A stretch of DNA of 62,392 nt, filler included, from Nitrospiraceae bacterium (GTDB taxonomy: Bacteria > Nitrospirota > Nitrospiria > Nitrospirales > UBA2166): the NCBI GenBank assembly GCA_002726235.1. It is 7 parts of 7 records of this genome, joined end to end, with 100 filler letters (N's around TTAATTAATTAA, not from the genome) between each part and the next. Parts side by side here need not be neighbours in the genome. Positions count along the whole stretch, not along the records: positions 28,939 to 37,296 come from PBSN01000009.1; positions 37,397 to 44,706 come from PBSN01000010.1; 5 more parts are not named here. One strand, written 5' to 3'. Each line of letters opens with the position of its first letter. Position 1 is the first letter of the stretch. Shown piece after piece: positions 34,201 to 44,562 of this stretch. Position numbers and translations under genes: made by a program. The notes beneath the pieces were generated by a model, which did not search any database, had not been told where the DNA came from, and saw nothing but the letters and a program-made list of their open reading frames with translations.

Positions 34201-34821
34201 AAGGTAGTCGAGCCACGCGGCGGTGACGGCTTGGTTGTGGTGCTTGGCGAAGACACGACGTTGAGAGTGGAAGGCGCGCCACTCTTTGCTGTTGCGCTTG
34301 ATGCCCATCTGACGCGGCGTGAAGAATTTCTTGGTTTCAGGGTTTGTCTGGAAGTAACGATTCCAGTACTTCGGCTTGAAATCTTCAGCNTGGATGAGAA
34401 CTTGAGTTTCGATGAAGGAGAAGTCGTTGNATGACGAAGGNGGACCTTTGAGAAGTTTGAAGTTGTCGAGGGATTCCGGGATGTACTCTTGCGGAATGCG
34501 GGAGGCGAGGTCCGACGTTGAGGAGGAAGAAGATGTTGCAATTGCTCTTGAGGAGGCTTTGTTTTGTTTTGAACTTGAACTTGAAGAAGATGATTGTTGA
34601 CGACGTGACTCTGCGGCTTCAACCGNAGCTTGAATTTTGTTGTTGTTGCTGTTGGAGGCGGAGACGGCTTGCGGCGCAGAGTTAATTTGATTGGTGTTGT
34701 TGGTGACGNTGTTTCCTTGTTGTTGAGATGATGATGAAACGGATTCGGTTGTCGTACTTGAATTTTTATCGCGGGCTGCATCACTGACGACATTCAGTGA
34801 GCTCCCGCCGANGCGTTTCCC
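31300..34821 (-). CDS. VIPER/DIRS-order RT-RNase H, probably expressed as a -1 frameshift fusion with gag
   Basis: GDCKISFFQV, RLPMG, VWIDG, FIGIHFDH; RNase H LFTDASVSGWG, IAELEARA, IDNT, NWADKPSR. The frame is open back to 34854, beyond the called ATG at 34308. Confidence 0.85.
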   Translation of the reverse strand, partial: GKRXGGSSLNVVSDAARDKNSSTTTESVSSSSQQQGNXVTNNTNQINSAPQAVSASNSNNNKIQAXVEAAESRRQQSSSSSSSSKQNKASSRAIATSSSSSTSDLASRIPQEYIPESLDNFKLLKGXPSSXNDFSFIETQVLIXAEDFKPKYWNRYFQTNPETKKFFTPRQMGIKRNSKEWRAFHSQRRVFAKHHNQAVTAAWLDYLRSAERNEQQQQQQQQAHVVAGSSSSDPIVSQALQHPGSMDSESQATSSKHVREGNVDQEGKPPLQRNQLHDRNKRSATPSSNRPSSNQLRPGPSSPSQQQAGTVNGVNSTGLRQESQNSDGGAGNGRLVQSLVLPQESSCNDGKPISKTGSGDDRHPTSTSSSQLSNKQSSSSSVHLPGVQNSKQVGRSGETRQGQLHHPSSVSSEERNRDLLGVSNQNVKSEAVPSGELHSVGGRKTSSSAPSSQKSDLEIKEGSVVVSQVDQSNACLAEEGPNPPQPDLSLLQANDAGQARSVHRSGSARLPRSSDHGQASGQAESSLPGVDNSLHQQQGSSRKNVRNSKSNSPSLDAASPSPSAALENARWLDLYDYVQYRTKHTFARKSHSSSTANDEQNRTIRLHSHNVKDMVIDLERLKTFMSDTHLRRFETLWKNTFADALSHLSNEISAEKQARLNNVAEKQSRYLPQHARQLAADGIAAPVPAEDVCNTVGQNTMFNVVELDSDKKQRLRSILWTHCVNDYLEDVAKYQPQMSQLRAPGFFIDDVRRETAGTGDCKISFFQVVIPKEFRRMLRFCDAEKNWYELTRLPMGLRTSAELMQLIVETIAGKMTAVKPTAVINGETVKLASAATRTSVWIDGFRTAGNREDVQLDLDRIRLVGKACNVTWKGGDVTAADEYDFIGIHFDHKNHKVSVASKTLSKLPQSYAYGSEILITDLEKDISRLFFCSSVLRIVPGNYFYAMKWANRQVSKLNRGTPLDTKVELPRSVCDQLNKWLKSAKSSLSLPASGENVNNNKNKYYDLLFTDASVSGWGAYFISSDGSVAIIGGKWDKEIHNPSAETIAELEARALWLALTHFKERLLKNKNVDIRIDNTSVVAAAQKGKSKTSPSLNAAIIESVNFLVEEDFSFSVSYVNTKDNWADKPSRGRTADSAFITDTEVRKYYDNRGSLGRLARQELSSFLSSSVKG
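33156..34184 (-). CDS. Tyrosine recombinase of a YR retrotransposon, overlapping the RT ORF
   Basis: ASRWGD (R), IKT (K), HSFKR (HxxR), AKH, TIRY (Y). Probable start is ATG 34184; the frame is open to 34793. Confidence 0.88.
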   Translation of the reverse strand: MNNNNNNSNKLTSSQVARQVILSSLKRCNIQDPWILNLKQQVQNMFVKETWTKKASLLSNAINYMTETNDQQHHLPTDLRLINFVLDRRVLRNNKLEPLMASTQLDYAKNLKTLMVELEMGDSYNLSYFLKSRRVMMASQSPKQAPVMTDTQLQHLLHNSATNNPRLQACIYLAYKTASRWGDLVKLVKANFIIHHQCLQRNEIVICWGSAIKTSRVKPFRPVNFTVLVEEKHPHLLRLLKSQISKLKKDQLLCPKSTNQMLAWLKKDRILRNLTCHSFKRTTLDKLVQFIDQDLLDFRVLPIMAKHQDKQNPHFPESTIRYINNKVLLARMFGTQKATRLL

Positions 34822-36836
34822 GACGAAGTGTTGTTGTTGCCACCGGAAGAACGATTATTATTATTATTGTTGTAGTTGTTCTTGTTTCGATTATTATTGT
34901 TATTATTATTACCANCACCACCTTTCTTCTTGAAACCATTGAAACCACCCTTGCGTCGAGGAGCCATGGTGCTGTTTTGGGCNGCAGCGGAGTGGGGGGT
35001 GTGTTGATCAAGTTCGAAGACGTTTTTGAATCCATTGTAGTTGAATTCAGGATTTCTCCAACTATCAGCCTTGGCTTGAAGCAAAACGAGCGTCTTGTCG
35101 AATTGTTGCTCCATGAGCTTGAACATGAATTCAGCGTGCTCGCGGTCGTCACTCTCGTCGTTTTCGTCGAAGTTCTCGAAACTTGAAGCGAACATGATGG
35201 CGGTCGTAGCTGAGCTGAGGAAGTACTTCACCATTTCCTTGTTCTTGGAGCTTTCAGTCAAACCCCAGGATTGTTTGCCGAGTTCGAGAAGAGCCTTGGT
35301 GATTTCAACTTCTCGTTGCTGATTGCCGTTGACGTGGGTGAGGCAGTTGTTCGCACGTTCTGCGTACTCGCGGAGGGACGTGCAGCCGGAGAAGATACCG
35401 CCCATTGCGGAAGTAGTGGCGAAAGGACGGCGGTTGTTGTTGTTGACTTGAGCTGGAGAAGCGGTCGATGGAGATTGCTTGACAGCCTTGACAATANTAT
35501 CAGCGAAGGTTTCGAAGACTTTCGCCATCTCACCAACCTGAGCTCCTGTTGCGACGTTGCGGTCGTTGGCAACTTGGGCAGCATCATCATCACGGGGATT
35601 GGGAGAGCCTTGAGCGAAGGAGACAGCAGAAGCGCCGTTGCGCGTTGGAGCAACAGAAGGAGTGTGACCTTTAGCACGGATGTTGGGGTCAGAAGCGAGA
35701 GCCTTGGAAGAAGCTTGTTCGGTGATGAACTGGGTGTCGAAGATGACGTGGTAGTAGACGACGAGGCGGTTGGGGAAAGGAGCAAGGATCTGNGCAGGCT
35801 TCGGTCTCAATTTTCCCTCAGGGTCCTTTTCGACGAAGTGCTTGATGTTTTGGCCGATGGCGGTGACGTAATCCTTGAGCGCTTCCTGCCAGTTGGTGTC
35901 GAGCGCATCGGGTGCCAACCAACCGACGACAGGCTCCCCTTCTTCGTTGTAACGGGCGATGCCACGCCAGTGGTAGTTCTTGTCGGGTCCTTCAACTTCA
36001 GCGTAACGCCATTCAGCACGGACACAAACACCACCAGACTTGGGAACGTATTGCTTGAACTTCTCGGCGAGGAGACGGTGATCAATACCGTTTCTGTCAC
36101 GCAATTCACCAGAGCCACCGATGACTAGAACACTGTTATCTTGAAGACCGCCATCAGCGGAATCGGTTGAGGCAGCCATGTTGGAAGGAGGAGNTTGTTG
36201 TTGTTGTTGAGTTTGACTTGAACTTTGAGTAGGAGCAGGCGTAGGAGCAGGAGCAGGAGTAGGAGCAGCAGCAGGAGCTTGGGGCTGAGTCGTTGCGACA
36301 GCAGGAACAGGAGGAGGTTGAACTGGAGAAGCGGGTTCGGGNGAAGATTTGGCAGCGGCTTCGAAGCGAGCTAAATCTTCTTGTTGAGGAGGCTTGTTGC
36401 TGTTCTTGGAGATGGCTTCACGGAGAACGGCAAGATTGTATTCGGGAACTTCACAGCCTTCCGAAATAATACGACGAGGAGTATCGACGAGTTGTTGGAC
36501 TTCTTCAGATGAGGCAGAGGCAGCAGAGGAGCTGATGATGCTGACGTTACCAGAGATGTCGTGTTGAGCGAACTTTCCTTCAATTAATTCCAAACCAGTC
36601 GAGAGAGGATCTTCACTGGAAATGAGACGCTTGAGAAAGAGGATGAGCTTGTAGATTTCTTCACGCTGTTCTTCAGTGTAGGCGTGAGGGGTGTTGTCAA
36701 TGATAGATTCGAAATCAGGCAAGTACTTTCCAGATTCACGGAGATAACTTTCGACAGTCGTGACAGGTGCGTTGGAAGTGATGGAGAAGGTGGGGTAGAT
36801 GAAGATTGACTTGACGGCGTTCCAATCGAAGTCCAT
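34794..36836 (-). CDS. Gag-like ORF1 of a VIPER-like element
   Basis: 680-aa ORF upstream of YR and RT with a basic/Asn-rich C-tail; assigned by position only. Confidence 0.6.
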   Translation of the reverse strand: MDFDWNAVKSIFIYPTFSITSNAPVTTVESYLRESGKYLPDFESIIDNTPHAYTEEQREEIYKLILFLKRLISSEDPLSTGLELIEGKFAQHDISGNVSIISSSAASASSEEVQQLVDTPRRIISEGCEVPEYNLAVLREAISKNSNKPPQQEDLARFEAAAKSXPEPASPVQPPPVPAVATTQPQAPAAAPTPAPAPTPAPTQSSSQTQQQQQXPPSNMAASTDSADGGLQDNSVLVIGGSGELRDRNGIDHRLLAEKFKQYVPKSGGVCVRAEWRYAEVEGPDKNYHWRGIARYNEEGEPVVGWLAPDALDTNWQEALKDYVTAIGQNIKHFVEKDPEGKLRPKPXQILAPFPNRLVVYYHVIFDTQFITEQASSKALASDPNIRAKGHTPSVAPTRNGASAVSFAQGSPNPRDDDAAQVANDRNVATGAQVGEMAKVFETFADXIVKAVKQSPSTASPAQVNNNNRRPFATTSAMGGIFSGCTSLREYAERANNCLTHVNGNQQREVEITKALLELGKQSWGLTESSKNKEMVKYFLSSATTAIMFASSFENFDENDESDDREHAEFMFKLMEQQFDKTLVLLQAKADSWRNPEFNYNGFKNVFELDQHTPHSAXAQNSTMAPRRKGGFNGFKKKGGXGNNNNNNNRNKNNYNNNNNNRSSGGNNNTSSGNXSAGAH

Positions 36837-37396
36837 ATATTGTAACTTGAAGTTGAGTTTTAAACAGAGAATAAAACTCNAGAGACTTTTTTTTTTTTTT
36901 TTTNTGAATTAAAAAGTTNANTTGAAATATTGAAGTAACTGATGCGAGACCAGCACGACAANAAATCNCCGAACCCTGGATTTTTTTTTTTTTTTTTACN
37001 CGTCCTTTTNAAAATTCTTACCATTTGGCAACGACAGATTTTATTTTATTTGGTTTTTTTTTTTTTTTTTAACAAAGAAAAGAAAAAGGAAAAAAAAGAA
37101 AAAGAAAAGAGCACACACACATAATTAGAAAAGAAAAATATATTGGAAAAGGGAAGAGGTATATTTTTTAATCTTTTTTTTTTTTTTTTAACAAATCCAA
37201 TTCTCATCTCTCTACTATCCTCAATTCCTTATTTTCTTCGCATTCAACAATTTCCTGCGTTCTAGAACTTCGAGGATACATGATAAGAAATGATTTNNNN
37301 NNNNNNNNNNNNNNNNNNNNNNNNNNNNNNNNNNNNNNNNTTAATTAATTAANNNNNNNNNNNNNNNNNNNNNNNNNNNNNNNNNNNNNNNNNNNN

Positions 37397-40300
37397 GGTG
37401 TGCCTGTTCACAGCCCATGGTACTGCTCACCTGCATCAAAACACCCACATCCACCTCCCCTCCTGTGCCCGTCCAACAGCACACCACCACCCACATCCTC
37501 CAACTCACGCTCTCACAGGATGCACAGGGCGGACTGTGGAAACGCTGTGCATGCACCAGGTATGCCTGTTCACAGCCCATAGTACTCACAAGCTTTCACA
37601 CGACAATCCTCCGACGCAAAGAGGTGCGAAAAAACACCAACTCAGACCACGCCAGGTTGGACCTGGTTACAGCAGCGACGACAGCAGCGACGGTCCGCCC
37701 AAGCGTCGACCACGTAAACCCCCTAATAAGGTATCTCGACAACCCACAACCCCAGGTAATACCCACCAAGCCGACGCTCCCACTCCCATGGCAGCTCCAG
37801 ATAACGCGGGACAACTCCCCAGGAGACATAACCGTCCTTCCCCTATATCCCAATACATACATCCCCAGGCTACACTCCCACTCTCATTGTTGTGTTCCCT
37901 GGGGTCCGAGCTATGTAGTCTCGCCTACACTTCGCACTCACCGCAGAGAACCTACGAAACACTATCACCTTTGTCTCCACCTCTACATCCAAAACACTCC
38001 CCCTGTATCACCTTGAAGCTGCTGTTGTGTTCCATGCTACATGAGCCATTTAGTCGNGACTACACATGGTGCTCGACGCACAGAGAACCTACGCACAGCA
38101 TTCCCGGGGTCCACATGATACAAACACACAGCGCACAGAGCACCCCTCGGCACACCAGCAGGGCCCAGGGTATACCTCTGACGATAGCGGAGATGGCCCC
38201 GCACGGAGGCCCCCCTCCCATCGACGCCGACGTGTCCATGCCTCCCACCAGACCGCACCATCCCTNACCACCCTCTTCGACTTCTTCCCCCCCATACCCA
38301 CCCGTCAACAATCACACACCACCGAACAACATAATACCTGCGGTACAGACCACACTCACTCCGAAACATCGCACACTACTATAGTCGCTCCACCAGGTCA
38401 CCACCCATCCACAGTCTCCCACCCACCTCTCACAGTAACAGCCCATGCACGCGACAAAACCTCCCACAAAAATCACGGCTCAGCGACTCTGTCCTCAACT
38501 CACTGTATCACTCCCACACCCCAGCTCCTGAAACCGAACAGGTCTGGCACCACAGATACCTTCACTCCTCTGTCCACCACGACTGGCCCCACTTCCCCCA
38601 CGACTGCCAAAGNTAACCAGCTGGAGGCTAAGCCCCCACAACAGGACAGCACAGTCCCCTTCACCAATTTACTCACCAACACCTGGGCTGCCTACGACAA
38701 CACCGGCCAAATAGCAGCGTCCCTGCGAGAGGATCTCCTACACCAACTCCACACCACCATCATGACCTCTCCGGACCCAACAGCCTGGCCCACACTCTTC
38801 AATACTGTCAACGACAGTTCCAACTACATACACGTCACCTCGTTCAACTGCGATACGGATTACGCCGCCACCCCCGGACGTGGCTTCTGCTCGGTGGCAG
38901 CAGCTCATCAAATTCTGAGGTCAACNGCACCAGGAAAATACAACCCTGTGCACCTTTCCAGCGAGGAGGATACCACCGCATTATTGTCACTGGTGCAACG
39001 CTTGCTGGCCCTATGCCTCACTGCAGGCATCACTGCCACACGTATCCAAACACTGCGGCGTACACTCACCCGCATGAGGAATTCCCTCCGCTCCCCCAAC
39101 TCACAGGCCAGAGCCCTCCCCGCCAAACACTACATGGACACCGAAGACTTCCTACTCATGCTTAAACTACTACGACTCCGATTCCAGTTCTGGCAGGGAC
39201 ACCCGCTGTACCTTCAGCGTGGCTGGGTCCTCCTCAAGACGTCGACAGGAACGACTCGACACCCCCCTATACACCAGTCCACAACGTCGCGTATAGCGCA
39301 TCTCACTACTTTCTCCTCAGGATTACCGANGTCGACAGTAAGTGCACCAATGCTTCTCGTGCAGCTAGACTCTCCCTGTTGCAGCTTCTTCAGTCCGCCC
39401 AAACATCATCCCACCTCTTCACTTGTCCACATCCAGTATCACACACCANGACATCATACCAACCCCACGGCACAACCACTCCCTCCCATAACAACATGGA
39501 CACTCTACACACACCAGCGTATGCAGCTGCACAGGACNACAACACCAGCTGTATCGACATATACACCTCACCACCNCCCCCATGCACCACATCATCCCCT
39601 ACCCCTCTCTATATCACCGACGGTATGGTGACCTTGAGTATCACTCCGCGTGGACTAAGGGAAATCGAAGCCCAAACTCTACATCCCGATCAGCCTCAAC
39701 CGCCCCGCACAGCAATACAGAACGCTGGCAGAATATTCAGGCTTCATGTATCCGCGCAGAACATCCACACAGCACACGATATCCCAGCCAACGGATACTG
39801 TGCATACGGAACCCTCCATCGATTGCACATGCTCATGACCAGCAAACGACCTACAGCCACCTATTGGGAGCTCGACTTCCGGCGACCAGAGCACAGGACC
39901 TACGCAGGACAGTGGCTCAGCAACCTACTTCGAGACGTGCTCCTCCACCCTAGCTGTGACCAAACCACCATCGTCAAGCTACAACATGCTCTCACAGCCA
40001 TGACCAGCAGGCATCAACACACATACACCACCCCGGACGACATTCGTCACTGGTTATCTGTCCGCGAAATGCACTGGCTCGCCACATTCTTCACCCCCAC
40101 AACCACATGGGCCACTGATGGAGAATCAATCAGCATTGTTGGCATACCCAGCGACCCCCACGCGTACGGCCCTGCGTGGACGTCAGACGAACTCCGTGAA
40201 GCCATACTTCTGAATCTCCCTCACATAGTCCTGCACAACGCACACTTCTACATCATCAACCCTGCCGGCCTCGCCATCAACCTTGACAACGCTCTACTCA

Positions 40301-43300
40301 ACCTTGAACCACACATTCAAGTGCGTGAACCCAGCGTTCAGCGCGACGTCCCGCCCATTAATGCACGCCCACAACATCCCACCAGCCCCGTAGCCACACC
40401 CACATGCCCTCCTGCGCCTTCAGAGACCACAGTGGCCGACATCATACCATCACCAGACACCATAAACTCCTCCCCCCACAATTCTACATCTAGGCCACGG
40501 AAAACTCCCCGGACAAAAGGCAACCGGACCCCCACACTCCCCACCAGGACACAGCCCCCTCGTAAAGCCCGACACGCCCAGTCCTATGCAGACCTCCCTG
40601 ACACAGTCCCTACACATACATTATACTGTCCACACGTGCCCTTCCGCACCTTACTCCAAGCAGCGAATCCACCCCAACCGCTCACATGGGACCCTACACT
40701 CAAATATAAAGTCCTGATGGGCCTAGCAGACACCCTGCCCAAAGGAAATGCCTTATACGCCGGAGAGCAGATCCCGGCCCATGCCATCATTTCCGAGTGC
40801 ACTGGCCAAAGACTCTCTATCCTGGAAGCCCGGTCCACGGAGCGTTCCTCCGACTATCTCGTCCAAGACACACAAGGAACATTCGTAATAGACGCCAGGG
40901 ACAGGAAAAGCAAACGCATACTTTGCGCAGCCGGATACATCAACGACCCGCTACAGGCCAATGCCGCCAACGTAGAGTTCTACACAAAAACGGGACGGAT
41001 ATACATACGAGCATTACGCAAAATCAACCCCCACGAAGAACTCCTCGTCAACTACGGGTACCAGTATTGGGAAGACCAAAAGTGGTCGACAGAGAGATCC
41101 TCCTCCAAGCAAGAGCGGCGTATGCCGAAGATATTGCGCTCCGAGAGCAGGAATGGCACACCTTACTCTCCCAAAAGCAGTCGCCACCACGGCAGACCCT
41201 CACCCTCCCCGAACCTTCGCGCAGTCCATTAACACACGCCACACATTTCAAATTCTCAACGTGGAACGTCAATGGCAACCCTTCCAGCAACCCCGGAAAA
41301 ATAGAGGCCATACTCCACTACTTTCGCTCTCAAAGTCTAGATTGCCTTTACCTCCTCGACGTACGGCTCTCACAAAGACAAGCAGCCTACCTAGACGACT
41401 ATATACAGGACCAGATCCCAGGGGTTCTCGTATGCCGCTTTCTTAACACGAAACCGAAGCTCGGACCCACTGACCCACACATGGGGGGCGCCCTCGCGGT
41501 GATAAGTGAAACATGGAAAGGGCGCATCCGATATACCAATTCTGACTGTACGGGCCTCGGCCTCATATCTCGCATCGAATTTCACACTGGCAGACCAGAC
41601 ATCGACGACCGACTCACCATAATAGGAGCATACCTACCCCCTAAACCTGCGACTGCTGGCCCGTGCACACTGTGGACACATCACTACGAGCCTTTGGAAG
41701 AGCGACGCCCAAAAATGGTGCCTCACGACCGTATTCCATCCTCACGAACATCCTTACAAAATGGATTGTTAAAGCCAGGGCCAACGGCCACACAGTCCTT
41801 GTAGGCGGTGACTTCAATGCCTCTCTCGAGGGCCATGCTGGAAAGCGAGACCTACGTGGAATAGCAACATCCCTCCAACTTACAGCCCCTCTTATACAGA
41901 CCCTAAACACTGAGGACCCGTACTTCACCTTCTTCCGGAAAGACCGCGGAATCTCCAGAATAGACCACATTCTACATACACCTCTTCCCACATACATACA
42001 AATTTCTGGCAACGGGTGCTACACCTCGGACGCCCTCACGGCAGCAACTTTTGACCACAGACCGGTCTGGACCGACCTCTGCATCAGTGGAACAGGACCC
42101 CCCCTGCCGAAGGAGCAACACCTTCAGATCCCGCCAAGGCTTAACATCAATCCCGCCGATCAGGAAATGGTGGAGGAATACCAACAGCATCTCAGCACAC
42201 ATCATCAATCCCTCCCGGAGCCCTCGGAACACCCACACCCTGCCGACCGCGCCGCCACCAAACTAGCACTAATCCATCGCATCACCATCGACGCGGCTCA
42301 CGACACACGTAGCGCAGATAGAACGAAGAAAACACGCATTCACCACCTCTGCCAACGCAAACGTTCCCGCTTCAAAGACGGCTTTTCTGCGGAAATGAGA
42401 GTTATTCAAACAGCACTCCACTTAGTCATCTACCTAAAGAGAAAGTTTTTCAACAGAGCCGGCTATCTCCACCCTCATGTAGATGACACACGTCTCTACA
42501 GTCTTACACGAAGAGGCCTCCAGCGATGGGAGGTCACCATAGCCGCCCTGGACCACGCTTCAGAGGACCCATCCCACCCACCCACCACCATCATCAAGCC
42601 TGCCGTGGATCCACGCCAGATGCTGACATGGACTGTTGCGACCATCAATAGCACACACTTTGACACCCTACGGGATAACCTTACCCGAATGCTCCAAGGA
42701 AGAGCAAGAACAGAAATGCGGAAGCGTATGACCCACAGGACCCACACCATCCAAGCCCACCTGGAACTCCAACACATCGGAAAAGTCCTTCAGACAATAG
42801 GATTGAAGCGCAAACAGACGCCACCCCTCACCCGACTCACCCTAGAGGACGGAGCCACCCTAACCCTCCCCATAGACATACAGGACGAGCTGAACAAACA
42901 TTTCACAGCCCACCACTCCATCCCATCCGGACTTGACCCAGTCGCCCACAAGCTACATCATGACGACACCTGGTGGCACGAGCTCGCAGCTGGCGCCGAC
43001 ATGAACACACCCTTGCATCCACACTCCGCCATTCCCGATCACCACCAGCTCGGCCTACGAAACCTATGCAAAACAAAGGTTACCTCCGCCACAGCTAAAA
43101 AGATCCAAGACGCTCTACGACAGCAGATCACAATAAGCGAGTTCCACTCCACTCTGGACGGGATGGCCAAGGATAAAGCGCCCGGACCATCCATGGTCAC
43201 CACCAACATGATAAAGAAATGGACCCCTGAAATAAAGATTGAAGTTTTAGGCCTCCTCCAAACCCTCTGGACCCATCGCCATGTGCCACGCTGGTGGAGA

Positions 43301-44562
43301 GACAGAGTCATGACGCCACTTCTTAAAAAACCAGGACACACGTCTCTAAAGAACCTCCGACCGATAGGGCTCCTAGAGGTTTTGCGCAAACTAATGACCC
43401 GTATCATCACCCACCGGCTCCTCCACATATGGGAAGAAGATGAAGTCCTACACCCTGCGCAACACGGCTATCGATGGCGACACGGCACGGACACGGCCAT
43501 TCTACGAGTCCTCGCGGCCACGGAACTGGCCAAACTTACCGGGCATGTGAAACTCTGCACCTTCTGGGACTTTCAAAAGGCCTTCGACTCCATCGCACCC
43601 AATCTTCTCAAATTAGCATGGGCAAGACTTGGTGTCCCCGATGACACGATCAAATGGCTAAGCGACCTCGACGATGGGGGTCGCACCTTCATCTGGACCC
43701 CACACATGGCCGACAACATCGATCCCCGATCACTCGAAGAACTGCTTGGCTCAGATGGCTCCTTTATCCAGCACCCTGACATGGGATTCTCCGCGGAGAG
43801 AGGGGTCACACAAGGTGGAACTGAATCCACAGTTGCATGGATCGTCATCTTTGACATGATCCTATGCTGGTCTGACCTACATGATGATATAGCCAAGATG
43901 AGGCGTACGCAGATGACCTCTCCCAAATCACAACTTCCATTGAGGCCACTCAGCTCAAGGCCGACAAACTCTCATCCTTCTGCGCCTTCTCCGGAATGCA
44001 ACTAAACATCCCCAAAACTGAATGCATTGCCCTGGGAGCCCCATTTGCGGTGACGGCCATGTTAGAATCAAACCCACACATCATCATAAGAGACTGGAAC
44101 TGGTGCCCACACCCCATCCCCATCCGAACAACCACCAATTCCACCAAGTATCTCGGCGTACAACTTCCATTCTCAGTAAAGGACACCGACTCCCACAGCT
44201 GGTGCACCACCTACATAGCCACATCCACGGCAGTTCTACGATCCAAATGCGCGACACCTGACTGCAAGCTACTCGTCCTCAACACACAAATACTCCCGAC
44301 CCTACTATACAAGGCCACCAAAGCATCCTGGACATACGCTAAATACATCGCCATAGACAAACTACTCGCGCAGGCCGCTAGGAAAATACTCCGTCTCCCC
44401 CCTGGATATCCCACGGATCTTATCTACCTTCCCCCGAAATACAAAGGGCTTGGACTGCGCAAATTTTCAACCCACGCCCAGACTCAGAAATGGCATACTC
44501 TTCAACGAGCCCTCACACTCGGAGGACAGCCCAGAGTGCGACCTGGGCATAAAACCTGGTGA
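37397..44562 (+). mobile_element. APE-type non-LTR retrotransposon (LINE) with OTU-like and SET domains, several frameshifts
   Basis: APE (FSTWNVNG, GAYLPP, GGDFNA, SRIDHI, DHRPV), RT (KAPGPS, LRPIGL, QHGYR, DFQKAFDS, GVTQG, YADD at 43906-43917, YLGV, GLGL) split over the ORFs starting at 40797, 41663 and 43996; uniform C/A-rich strand bias. Confidence 0.88.
40741..41070 (+). CDS. SET domain (lysine methyltransferase-like) within the LINE coding region
   Basis: KGNALYAGEQI...ISECTG...FVIDA...AGYINDP...NVEF...IRALRKINPHEELLVNYGYQYW. Confidence 0.85.

Larger units (their letters stand above)
31300..36836 (-). mobile_element. VIPER-like tyrosine-recombinase retrotransposon (gag-YR-RT/RH)
   Basis: YR placed before RT/RH, and RT motifs resemble, from memory, kinetoplastid VIPER RT; terminal repeats not identified. 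Confidence 0.75.

Noticed and set aside
36837..37296. Spliced-leader RNA gene or element terminal repeat upstream of gag
   Set aside because: No kinetoplastid SL exon motif seen; only poly(T)/poly(A) low-complexity sequence with Ns and a short GAGTTTTA/TAAAACTC hairpin.
38040..43900. Programmed frameshifts in the LINE
   Set aside because: Several shifts fall inside conserved domains without slippery sites, and the contig has many Ns; decay or sequencing error is more likely.
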